A stretch of 45,614 nucleotides of DNA, from positions 1 to 45,614 of the forward strand of contig CAJVWH010000002.1 in assembly GCA_913009575.1 (NCBI GenBank), in the 5' to 3' direction. The position numbers were made by a program, and so were the translations under genes. Origin of the DNA: an uncultured bacterium. GTDB lineage: Bacteria; Patescibacteriota; Minisyncoccia; UBA9983. The notes beneath the pieces were generated by a model. That model saw only the letters and a program-made list of their open reading frames with translations, was not told the origin of the DNA and made no database searches. The stretch's first letter is position 1; each line of letters starts with the position of its first letter. Shown in pieces: positions 1-7,924 of this stretch.

Positions 1-1496
1 CCCGCCACCTTAAAATCCATATCGCCGTGGTGGTCTTCCGGGCCCTGAATGTCCGTTAGAATTTTATAATTCTTCTCATTCCCCAACATCAAACCAATGG
101 CTATTCCCGCCACGGGATTTTTAATTGGCACGCCGGCATCCATCAACGCCATCGTTGAAGCACACACAGACCCTTGAGAGGTGGACCCGTTTGAAGCCAT
201 TGATTCCGAAACGACCCTGATAGTGTAAGGAAAATCGTCTTTTGAAGGAATGACCGCTGAAAGAGCCTTCTCCGCCAATGCGCCGTGCCCTATCTCTCTT
301 CTGCCAGTTCCGCCCATTCTGCCGGTTTCGCCGGTTGAAAATGGCGGAAAATTATAATGGTGCAAAAATCGTTTGGTTGTCTGCACCTCCATCCCTTCAA
401 TTAATTGCCCGTCCTTTGGTCCGCCAAGGGTAACAACGGAAAGAATATGCGTCCCGCCCCTGTAAAAAACCCCAGAGCCGTGGACAATCGGCAAAATTCC
501 GGCGTCCGCGAAAACAGGCCGCAGCTCGTCAATCTTCCTGCCGTCCGGCCTTTTTTCTTTTTCTATGATTTCCTTATGGATTATTTCGCTAATTTTCTCT
601 TCAAAAAGGTCGTCCGCCGGCAGATTATTCCCCTCGCCGATGCTTTCTTCAACGGCTTTCAGCCATTCGCTCTTCAAATCATTCAACCCGCCCATTTCAC
701 CGCCAAAAATAATTTCATTTATTTTTGACAAAAACTCTTCATTAAAAAGGCTTTTCATTCCTTCCGGGTCTTCCTTAATTTCCACGCCGAGCTTTTCTTT
801 ACCGATTTCTTTTATGATGTCTTCCTGAAATTTTTGTATTTTTTTAATTTCGTCAACCGCTTTTCCCATCGCCCCGATAACAATGTCCTCTCCGGCCTCC
901 CCAGCTCCGGCCTCAATCATATTTATTTTTCCATCTCTCCCGCAGACGACAATATTAAGTTTTGATTTTTCCCGCTCCTCAAAATACGGATTGGCAACAA
1001 ATTCCATGTTTGGAGGTTGAACCTCCAAACATCCGATTCTTGCGGCGCCAACTGGACCTCCCCAAGGAATATCGGAAATGCCGAGCGCCAGCGAAGCGGC
1101 GATGACAGCCGGAATATCGGGGTCATTCTTATCGTCAATGGAAAGAGCCAACACAATAACCTGCACTTCGTTTCTTATTTTCTTGTTAAACAGCGGTCTG
1201 ATGGTGCGGTCAATGAGGCGGCTCGCCAAAATCGCCTCTTCCGAGGGCCTGCCCTCCCGGCGCATAAACCTGCTTCCAAGAATCTGGCCGGCCGCGTAAA
1301 ACTTCTCTTCATAATCAACGGTCAAGGGAAAATAATCCAAGCCCTCGCGCTTGTGCTTTGACATTACGGCAGCAGCGAAGACCGTGGTTTCGCCATAGCG
1401 GACAAGCACCGAGCCGTTTGCCTGCTCCGCCAAGTCGGAGATTTCAACGGAAAGCTTTTTCCCGCCAAAATCAGCGGAATATTTCTTTTTCTTCAT
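1..1496 (-). CDS. pnp: Polyribonucleotide nucleotidyltransferase (PNPase), 3'-truncated by window edge; missing from the ORF track
   Basis: Manual translation from ATG at 1496: MKKKKYSADFGGKKLSVEISDLAEQANGSVLVRYGET...DYFPLTVDYEEKFYAAGQI...RREGRPSEEAILASRLIDRTIRPLF; near base 1 LTDIQGPEDHHGDMDFKVAG; downstream of rpsO. Confidence 0.97.
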   Translation of the reverse strand, partial: MKKKKYSADFGGKKLSVEISDLAEQANGSVLVRYGETTVFAAAVMSKHKREGLDYFPLTVDYEEKFYAAGQILGSRFMRREGRPSEEAILASRLIDRTIRPLFNKKIRNEVQVIVLALSIDDKNDPDIPAVIAASLALGISDIPWGGPVGAARIGCLEVQPPNMEFVANPYFEEREKSKLNIVVCGRDGKINMIEAGAGEAGEDIVIGAMGKAVDEIKKIQKFQEDIIKEIGKEKLGVEIKEDPEGMKSLFNEEFLSKINEIIFGGEMGGLNDLKSEWLKAVEESIGEGNNLPADDLFEEKISEIIHKEIIEKEKRPDGRKIDELRPVFADAGILPIVHGSGVFYRGGTHILSVVTLGGPKDGQLIEGMEVQTTKRFLHHYNFPPFSTGETGRMGGTGRREIGHGALAEKALSAVIPSKDDFPYTIRVVSESMASNGSTSQGSVCASTMALMDAGVPIKNPVAGIAIGLMLGNEKNYKILTDIQGPEDHHGDMDFKVA

Positions 1497-1519
1497 AAAT
1501 TTTTGATATTGTTAATTTT

Positions 1520-2038
1520 TTACCCTTTTAATAAAAACTTTTTCGGGTTTTCGTCCAAATCAACGAAGTCGTCCGTCACCTCCTTTAGTTTTGAGGAAGT
1601 TGAACGGCCGAAAGCCATCACCTCAACCCTTCTTCCTTGATTCTTCAGGTATTCAACAAGGGGAACATAGTCGCCGTCTCCGCTCGCCAAAACAATTACA
1701 TCCACTATTTCCGAGGTTTTGATGGCGTCCACCGCGATTCCGACATCCCAATCCGCCTTTTTCATTCCTCCGTAATATTCCTGCAAATCTTTAACCCTCA
1801 TATCAATACCTAAATTTTCCAGCGCCTCAAAAAACGGCTTTTCTTCCCCGGTTTTGGTGCGCACCACATAAGCAAAAGCGCGAATCAACTGCCTTTGACC
1901 CACTGATGAATCCAGAAGCTCTTTAAAATTAACTCTTTTTTGGTAAAGAGCCTTGGCGGAATGGTAGAGATTTTGTACATCAATAAAAACGGCCACTCGC
2001 TGATTTTTGTATTTATCCGAACTTGTTATAGGAAACAT
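1520..2038 (-). CDS. NYN domain protein (LabA/DUF88 family, PIN-like fold)
   Basis: VFIDVQNL, K.DWDVGIAVD and LASGDGDYVPLVEYLK..G..VEV motifs. Confidence 0.9.
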   Translation of the reverse strand: MFPITSSDKYKNQRVAVFIDVQNLYHSAKALYQKRVNFKELLDSSVGQRQLIRAFAYVVRTKTGEEKPFFEALENLGIDMRVKDLQEYYGGMKKADWDVGIAVDAIKTSEIVDVIVLASGDGDYVPLVEYLKNQGRRVEVMAFGRSTSSKLKEVTDDFVDLDENPKKFLLKG

Positions 2039-2056
2039 GACAATTTTATTTTTTAT

Positions 2057-2332
2057 TTATTTCTTTGTCTTTTTCAGTCCTATCTTCTTAATCAAAGAGT
2101 CATATCTTTTCTCATCTTTTTTTTGAAGATAAGTGAGCAGTCTTCGGCGGTCCGCCACCATTTTCAAAAGACCTCTGCGGGAATGATTATCTTTGTGGTG
2201 CTTCTTCAAATGTTTGGCGAGAACGCTAATTTCCTCAGTTAAAATAGCCACCTGTACTTCAGGCGAACCGGTATCCACTTCATGAATCTTATGTTTTTCA
2301 ATAATAGATTGTTTTTTCTTGGTCGTTAACAT
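2057..2332 (-). CDS. rpsO: 30S ribosomal protein S15
   Basis: [13 protein letters not shown]...[26 protein letters not shown]. Confidence 0.98.
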   Translation of the reverse strand: MLTTKKKQSIIEKHKIHEVDTGSPEVQVAILTEEISVLAKHLKKHHKDNHSRRGLLKMVADRRRLLTYLQKKDEKRYDSLIKKIGLKKTKK

Positions 2333-2339
2333 TATTTAT

Positions 2340-2368
2340 ACTGTACCAAAAACCGCCAAATTTTGCAA
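2340..2368 (-). promoter_or_regulatory. Putative sigma70 promoter of rpsO
   Basis: Minus strand TTGCAA-17 nt-TACAGT, 7 nt before the rpsO ATG. Confidence 0.55.
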
Positions 2369-2372
2369 ATTT
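2350..2372. repeat. 23-bp direct repeat, copy 1 (AAACCGCCAAATTTTGCAAATTT)
   Basis: Identical to 3799-3821. Confidence 0.9.
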
Positions 2373-2375
2373 ATT

Positions 2376-2406
2376 AAAAAAGGGGCGTGTCCAAAGACCG
2401 CCCCTT
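2376..2406 (-). terminator. Intrinsic terminator after the two-gene cassette
   Basis: AAGGGGCG...CGCCCCTT stem with inner GTC/GAC pairing, followed by a T-run on the minus strand, 5 nt past the stop at 2412. Confidence 0.8.
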
Positions 2407-2411
2407 AAAAT

Positions 2412-2771
2412 TTATTCTTCCACATCCCTGAAAATTCCCGGGTAAATTGTATAATCTCCAAACTCTTCATGGGAAATACTACTTCTTAAGGCATCAGAAA
2501 ATTCAGGATCGTCAGGCTTTTTAAGAACTATGTATTGAACATGCTCTAAAAGCTCTCCGCTCTTATCTCTCTTTTCCCTGCTTTTTTTAAGATATAATCC
2601 TCCCTTATTCGCCAACATTTTGTTAAGTTCTTTCTGCAGTTTGTCTGCGTCTTTTTTATACTTTGACTCCACCACTATCTTGCCGTTTTTGACATAGACA
2701 TCAGCTACCACTTTCTCTATTTTCCTGCCAAGCCAGCCCTTTTTTATTCCCACTAATTTAATCTTTTTCAT
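2412..2771 (-). CDS. Hypothetical protein, 119 aa (start revised to ATG 2771)
   Basis: AGGAG 9 nt upstream of ATG 2771 (MKKIKLVG...); overlaps the upstream gene by 14 nt. Confidence 0.7.
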   Translation of the reverse strand: MKKIKLVGIKKGWLGRKIEKVVADVYVKNGKIVVESKYKKDADKLQKELNKMLANKGGLYLKKSREKRDKSGELLEHVQYIVLKKPDDPEFSDALRSSISHEEFGDYTIYPGIFRDVEE

Positions 2772-3729
2772 TGTTTTTTTCTCCTGTTTTCTCCAAAGTT
2801 GAATAAACTTTCTTAATGAAATCATACCTTGCTTCGTCAAACTTCTCAAGCTTTTTTGGTTTAACCTTAAACATGGCAAAACATTCGCAAAAATCATCCG
2901 CTCTGCCATACTCAGCTTGAGCTGTGATGAATCTTTTATTCAACATACTTGCTTGATACACCTCACCCCACTTCCAGCGCGATTTATCATCCATGAACTT
3001 TTCAAAAACGGTATGCCCCACCTCATGCGCGATTGTCATTTTGAATTCTTCAATCATCTTCTCTTTTGATTTTTCTTCCCGAAAGAGATCTCTAAACATT
3101 GTAATCACAGATTTATTAGTTCTGCGATCTTTGTGCGATATGCCAAGCCGCATTTCAAAAGAATTTCCCGAGACATTGTCACTAAACCGGATAGACTCAA
3201 TTTCCTTGAATATCTTCTGCGGAAATTCATCAAGAAATTCTTCAATCTCTTCATTGTTAATAATTTTACTGGCATTAAATCCCCTGACAGGAGTTGGGCG
3301 CAGCGCTTCGGCTTCTTCTCTGTAATTTCCGGATTGAGTTTCTAAGTCCTCGGCTTTCTTATGAAAATTACCAATTTGATTAAGAATGTTCTTGAGCTGC
3401 GCGCGCATTGCGTTGGTCTCGGCATTAACGGCTTCGCATTTATCCTGGACGGCATGCCCTTGGATTGAAAGTATTTTTGCCGAAGCTCCGTCACCTTCTG
3501 AATACACTTCTTGGGATTCTTTGTACAGGCGTTTAAATTCTGGCGCTAAATTGTTGGCTATGGACTGCAGATTATCAATTCTGGGCTGAAATTCCTCAAG
3601 GAGGGTCTTATATTCGCTTTTTAATATCTTAGCCTGAGAAATCAGCGCTTGCCTTTTAGTATGCAATTCTCTTGATTTTCTTAACAATTCAACCTTGCCG
3701 AAATTTTCTTTCCCGTCTTGTCTTCCCAC
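2758..3729 (-). CDS. Coiled-coil/DUF1771-like N-terminus fused to an HExxH zinc metallopeptidase-like domain
   Basis: IAHEVGH plus downstream EYG..DDFCECFA; AGGAGG 8 nt upstream of the GTG start. Confidence 0.7.
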   Translation of the reverse strand: MGRQDGKENFGKVELLRKSRELHTKRQALISQAKILKSEYKTLLEEFQPRIDNLQSIANNLAPEFKRLYKESQEVYSEGDGASAKILSIQGHAVQDKCEAVNAETNAMRAQLKNILNQIGNFHKKAEDLETQSGNYREEAEALRPTPVRGFNASKIINNEEIEEFLDEFPQKIFKEIESIRFSDNVSGNSFEMRLGISHKDRRTNKSVITMFRDLFREEKSKEKMIEEFKMTIAHEVGHTVFEKFMDDKSRWKWGEVYQASMLNKRFITAQAEYGRADDFCECFAMFKVKPKKLEKFDEARYDFIKKVYSTLEKTGEKNNEKD

Positions 3730-3798
3730 TATTCACACCTCCTAATTTATTTGTTTTATTAACTTTTCAAAGGTCATCTCTAGGTTCATACTTACACC

Positions 3799-3821
3799 AA
3801 ACCGCCAAATTTTGCAAATTT
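3799..3821. repeat. 23-bp direct repeat, copy 2
   Basis: Identical to 2350-2372. Confidence 0.9.
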
Positions 3822-3822
3822 T

Positions 3823-3831
3823 TGGTATAAT
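3823..3831 (+). promoter_or_regulatory. Extended -10 box of mutM (likely leaderless transcript)
   Basis: TGGTATAAT, 6 nt before ATG 3838; no SD. Confidence 0.65.
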
Positions 3832-3837
3832 GAGCTT

Positions 3838-4743
3838 ATGCCCGAATTGCCGGAGGTGGAAACAATTGTAAATGATTTGAAAAAGGTTTTGCCTGGATTG
3901 AAAATCCGGGATGTTTGGACTGATTTCAAAAAATACATAAAATATCCGAAAAATTTCAATAAGTTCAAAAAAGAAATTATTGGCAAAAAAATCCTGAATA
4001 TTGAAAGAAAGGGCAAAAATATCTTGGTTCACTTATCAGGAAACGCGACGCTTTTGGTCCACCAAAAGATGACCGGCCATCTGCTGTACGGCAAGTGGCA
4101 GTTGGAAAATGGCGGGGCAAGCGCTCCGCCGAGCGGGGTAAGGTGGAAAAGCGCGGTTCCCGGCCCCCTGCGCGACGACCCTGAAAACCGTTTCATTCAT
4201 TTAATCTTTTTTCTTTCCAACAATAGGCAAATGGCGCTATGCGATATGAGAAAATTCGCCAAGGCGTTATTGTGGCCCACTGACAAACTGGCAGAGCTTA
4301 AGGATATTAAGGAATTGGGGCCCGACCCTTTTGGCAAAAATTTTACTTTCAAAAAATTCGCTGAGCGGCTACACGGCTCTCGCGCGATTAAACAGGTCTT
4401 GATGGATCCGAAAATAATCGCCGGTATCGGTAATATCTACGCAGATGAAATTTTGTGGCTGGCCGGAGTGCATCCGCTCAAACAAACGAATAAACTATCT
4501 AAAAACGAGATTAGAAAAATTTATCAATCAATAAGGCCTATTCTTAAGCGGGCCATTAGTGCGCGAGGCAGTTCTTATATTGACTACCGCGACGCCTTCG
4601 GCGCGATGGGGCGTTACCAAAAAATGCATTACGCCTATCAAATGACAGGGACAAAATGCCGAAAAAAAGACGGCGGCGTCATCAAAAAAATCAAAATCGG
4701 CTCCCGTAGCGCCCATTTCTGCCCTGTTCATCAAAAATTATAA
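3838..4743 (+). CDS. mutM: Formamidopyrimidine-DNA glycosylase (Fpg/MutM)
   Basis: N-terminal MPELPEVE, RKGK, H2TH motif IAGIGNIYADEILW, C-terminal GSRSAHFCPVHQ zinc-finger region. Confidence 0.97.
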   Translation: MPELPEVETIVNDLKKVLPGLKIRDVWTDFKKYIKYPKNFNKFKKEIIGKKILNIERKGKNILVHLSGNATLLVHQKMTGHLLYGKWQLENGGASAPPSGVRWKSAVPGPLRDDPENRFIHLIFFLSNNRQMALCDMRKFAKALLWPTDKLAELKDIKELGPDPFGKNFTFKKFAERLHGSRAIKQVLMDPKIIAGIGNIYADEILWLAGVHPLKQTNKLSKNEIRKIYQSIRPILKRAISARGSSYIDYRDAFGAMGRYQKMHYAYQMTGTKCRKKDGGVIKKIKIGSRSAHFCPVHQKL

Positions 4744-4759
4744 ATGATATAATCGTTTT

Positions 4760-5635
4760 ATGGATGATGCGAAAAAAGATTTGTTTTGGGTAGTAATTAT
4801 ACTTCTTGCGCTTGCGGTTGTTTGGTTTTACACCGGCGGACCGGCACGCCCTTCCGCCACCAACAGCCCTTTTCTAAAAAAACCCCTGCAAAAACACCAA
4901 ACTGAAATCCAAAAACAAAGCCAGAAAATAATTGGCAACGTTTCCAGCCATGAGAAAAAGCCATCTGAAGCATCTGAGGAATCTGCCTATAAATACAAAG
5001 TTATTTTACACGCGGGCTATGCGGCAAGAAAATCAGACCCACAAAAAGAATACGTTGAAATACGCGCCTCATCAAACAATAAAAAGCCGCTACTTGCCAC
5101 CGGCTGGACGCTGGAAGGTAAAAAAGGGCTTGATATTAAAATCGGGGAAGGCGCCTATCTGCCTTATTCCGCACGCGTCAACCCGCAACAAGCGATTTTT
5201 CTACAACCCGGAGCAAAAGCATATATTATTACGGGAGAAAGCCCTATTGGCACAAGTTTCCAATTAAACAAATGCACCGGATATTTTGCGCAATTTCAAA
5301 ATTTTACACCTTATCTTTCAAAACAATGCCCTTATCCGAAAGACGAAGATTTACCCGAAAACTTAAGTGACAAATGCCTTGATTATATTGATCGGCTGCC
5401 GAGATGCGAAATCCCGCTAAAAATTCCGTGGGGGTTGCCTTCTTCTTGTGGAAGTTATATCGCCCAAAAAATAAATTATAACAGCTGCGTTAAACTTCAT
5501 AAAAACGACCCCGATTTTTACAAACCCGAATGGCGAATTTACTTGGGGAGAGGTGATGAGTTGTGGAAAAAAGAAAGGGAAACAATAGTGCTCAAAGACC
5601 AAAACGGAAAAATCATTGACTGGTCCTCATATTAA
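4760..5635 (+). CDS. Membrane-anchored Cys-rich hypothetical protein, possibly lamin-tail-like
   Basis: N-terminal TM helix; EYVEI...TGWTL and W....ETIVLKDQNGKIID segments resemble lamin-tail domain ends; six Cys. Confidence 0.6.
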   Translation: MDDAKKDLFWVVIILLALAVVWFYTGGPARPSATNSPFLKKPLQKHQTEIQKQSQKIIGNVSSHEKKPSEASEESAYKYKVILHAGYAARKSDPQKEYVEIRASSNNKKPLLATGWTLEGKKGLDIKIGEGAYLPYSARVNPQQAIFLQPGAKAYIITGESPIGTSFQLNKCTGYFAQFQNFTPYLSKQCPYPKDEDLPENLSDKCLDYIDRLPRCEIPLKIPWGLPSSCGSYIAQKINYNSCVKLHKNDPDFYKPEWRIYLGRGDELWKKERETIVLKDQNGKIIDWSSY

Positions 5636-5651
5636 TAATATAATACTCTTA

Positions 5652-6005
5652 ATGCTAAGTATTTTCCCACAACTTTTTAATTATTCTTATTTCGCGCCTT
5701 TTATCCTGCGTGTCGCTTTAGCGTTTATTTTGCTGGCGAATGGTTATTCTCAAATGGGAGAGTCGGGAAAATTCCAAAAAGCATTTGGTATAACAAAGAT
5801 TTTGGGAGCTGTTTTTTTTGTGGCTGGATTTTTAACCCAACCTACTGCAATATTGGTCGGCGTAGCGGTCTTGGCGGAAATTTTGCGATTAAAAATAAAA
5901 AAAATCAGCATACCGACAAAAGGTTTAAAATTTTTAATTCTTGCCATTGCCGTATCACTGATACTTTTGGGTCCAGGAATCTTTGCTCTTGATTTGCCGC
6001 TTTAA
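5652..6005 (+). CDS. DoxX-like membrane protein (start revised to ATG 5652)
   Basis: ILRVALA, AGFLTQPTA, LLGPGIFALD; about 4 hydrophobic segments; TATAAT 7 nt upstream. Confidence 0.7.
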   Translation: MLSIFPQLFNYSYFAPFILRVALAFILLANGYSQMGESGKFQKAFGITKILGAVFFVAGFLTQPTAILVGVAVLAEILRLKIKKISIPTKGLKFLILAIAVSLILLGPGIFALDLPL

Positions 6006-6012
6006 TAAAACC

Positions 6013-6507
6013 ATGGAAGATAACATACAATTTTACAATGAAACACTTGGACGTCGCCTCGGATTTGAAGAATTGATTGAGGAACTTATTGGTTACGTCA
6101 ACGCCGAGCCGAATAAAGACTATAAAATAACAGTTGGAACGGATTCCCAAGGAACGAACGACACTCAATTCGTCACTGCCATTGCCATTTTAAGAACAGG
6201 AAACGGAGGGAGATATTTTTGGACAAAGTCGGAAAAAACATATTGTCCCACTCTTCAAGATAGAATTTACAAGGAAACCATGCGCTCCATAACATCTATG
6301 CAAGAATTGAAAAGCCGCTTGAAAGACAAATTGGGAGACGAATTTTTCTGGGATCATAAAGTCAGCGTGCACATTGACGTTGGGAAACACGGCTCCACTA
6401 GAGATTTGATTGACACCGTGGTGGGAATGGTGAGAGGATATGGATTTGAGGCAGTCATAAAACCGGACGCTTTCAGCGCGTTTTGTTTGGCCGACCGCCA
6501 CACATAA
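6013..6507 (+). CDS. RNase H-like YkuK/DUF458 family protein
   Basis: ITVGTDSQ, G.GGRYF, L.DRIY.ET, VHIDVG..G.TRDLI, IKPDAFSA...ADRHT. Confidence 0.85.
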   Translation: MEDNIQFYNETLGRRLGFEELIEELIGYVNAEPNKDYKITVGTDSQGTNDTQFVTAIAILRTGNGGRYFWTKSEKTYCPTLQDRIYKETMRSITSMQELKSRLKDKLGDEFFWDHKVSVHIDVGKHGSTRDLIDTVVGMVRGYGFEAVIKPDAFSAFCLADRHT

Positions 6508-6517
6508 ATTTTAATAT

Positions 6518-6590
6518 CCGCCCATAGCTCAGTTGGTAGAGCAGCGGCCTTTTAAGCCGAGTGTCCCAGGTTCGAGTCCTGGTGGGCGGA
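6518..6590 (+). tRNA. tRNA-Lys(TTT)
   Basis: Acceptor CCGCCCA/TGGGCGG, D-arm GCTCAGTTGGTAGAGC, anticodon loop CT-TTT-AA, T-arm CCAGG-TTCGAGT-CCTGG; no CCA. Confidence 0.95.
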
Positions 6591-6613
6591 CACGAACGAA
6601 GTGAATGAAGGAA

Positions 6614-7510
6614 CTAAAAATTTATCAAAAACTTTTCAAGGCCGATTTCAAACTCGGCTCTTCCCTTTCTAATATCGTGGTATAGATTGACTAATTGCGA
6701 CGAGTAACCGTTCAGTTCTTTGCCCGTAAAATTTTTCAAGGCGGTTAAAGTCTTTTTAACAACAAAGGGATGTAAACCGCTTTCTTTCCGTAAGTTTTTC
6801 ACATTGGATTCAGACAATTTTTTAATCAAAAGCAAATTTTTTACCTGCCACCAGATTTTCCAAAAAACATCTTCCGCCGCCACGCCCCGCAAAAGTGCCT
6901 GCTGAAAAAGCACCCATGTTTTGTTTTTGTTTTTGGCAACAAAAGCATCACATATATGAAAAGGGTTATAATCATTCTTGGTTCCCCAAAATTCAATTTT
7001 TCCGCCCAAGACATATTTTTCAATTTCTCTTGAGGCACACCACAAGTCAAAACCGCAAATGTTTATGATATTTTCCTGTTCTTCTTGCGACACACTTTTC
7101 ACTCCTGATTTCCGTATTTCCTCCATAATCCATTTTCTCATTTCATGCCCCGAAAGCACGTTAAAAGACTGTATTTTTTCCGCTTTTTCTTCAAATAATT
7201 TTAAGTCCTCACTATTAATTTCTTTTTCCCAAAAAATAAAAACATTGTGTGAAAGAAAAAACTTGGTGATGTTTTCAGAAACAAATTTTGAAGAATTTTT
7301 ATTCTCCATCATTGCCTCGCAAACCACCAAATGTTTTTTCCTAAATAATATTTGCGACTGCAGCAACTCTTCAAGTTCAAACGAATTAAAATCCTCCCCG
7401 CTAATTCTAAAAACCCCCATTCTGTCTGTTTTAGAAGAAAAAAAATCAAGGAGGGTTTTTAACTTCCTTTTACTTCTAAACGTATCTTTGCCATAAAGTA
7501 AATAAAACAT
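6614..7510 (-). CDS. holA: DNA polymerase III delta subunit
   Basis: MFYLLYGKD.F, DLW...EIEK, F.ICDA, GLHPFVVKK, L..LY..I..G....EIGLE pattern. Confidence 0.8.
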   Translation of the reverse strand: MFYLLYGKDTFRSKRKLKTLLDFFSSKTDRMGVFRISGEDFNSFELEELLQSQILFRKKHLVVCEAMMENKNSSKFVSENITKFFLSHNVFIFWEKEINSEDLKLFEEKAEKIQSFNVLSGHEMRKWIMEEIRKSGVKSVSQEEQENIINICGFDLWCASREIEKYVLGGKIEFWGTKNDYNPFHICDAFVAKNKNKTWVLFQQALLRGVAAEDVFWKIWWQVKNLLLIKKLSESNVKNLRKESGLHPFVVKKTLTALKNFTGKELNGYSSQLVNLYHDIRKGRAEFEIGLEKFLINF

Positions 7511-7517
7511 CCCAATT

Positions 7518-7901
7518 TTATAAATAATGATTTTTAAGGGTCTTTTTCACTTTTTCTACGATTTCTCCGGGAGTGAAATTAACCTTAATCATAAAATCAA
7601 CAACTCCCAAAAATTTAGCCTTGGCAATATCTTCCTCTTGCCCCAAATTGCTCAAAATTATCACCGGTATAGCACTTGTTTTTTTATCCTTCTTTATCAT
7701 TGAAAGAATTTCAAAACCGTCCAAACCCGGTAAAATTAGGTCTAAAATTATCAATGACGGTTTTTTTTCTTCTAAAAGCTTGAACGCCTCTCCGCTACCG
7801 GAAGCCGCCCAAACTTCATAGCCCTCTTTCTCCAGTTTCTTGGAAACAAGGTCTCTGAAAAATTTATCGTCTTCAATTACTAAAATACCTTGCATTGCCA
7901 T
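7518..7901 (-). CDS. Stand-alone response regulator receiver domain
   Basis: ILVIEDD, LIILDLILPGLDG (phospho-Asp), PVIILSN, conserved K in FMIK. Confidence 0.92.
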   Translation of the reverse strand: MAMQGILVIEDDKFFRDLVSKKLEKEGYEVWAASGSGEAFKLLEEKKPSLIILDLILPGLDGFEILSMIKKDKKTSAIPVIILSNLGQEEDIAKAKFLGVVDFMIKVNFTPGEIVEKVKKTLKNHYL

Positions 7902-7924
7902 ATAATTATAATGTTAATTGTTAA

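Noticed and set aside
48-59. AATGTCCGTTAG in pnp matching the 36-kb repeat unit
   Set aside because: Encodes the conserved LTDI of PNPase; a single copy is best explained by coding constraint.
405-1361. ORF-track ORFs at 405-728, 565-828, 923-1156, 1017-1361, 1078-1299
   Set aside because: Antisense or off-frame shadows of pnp, which the track missed because it runs off the window. The same applies to the many short ORFs overlapping other clear genes.
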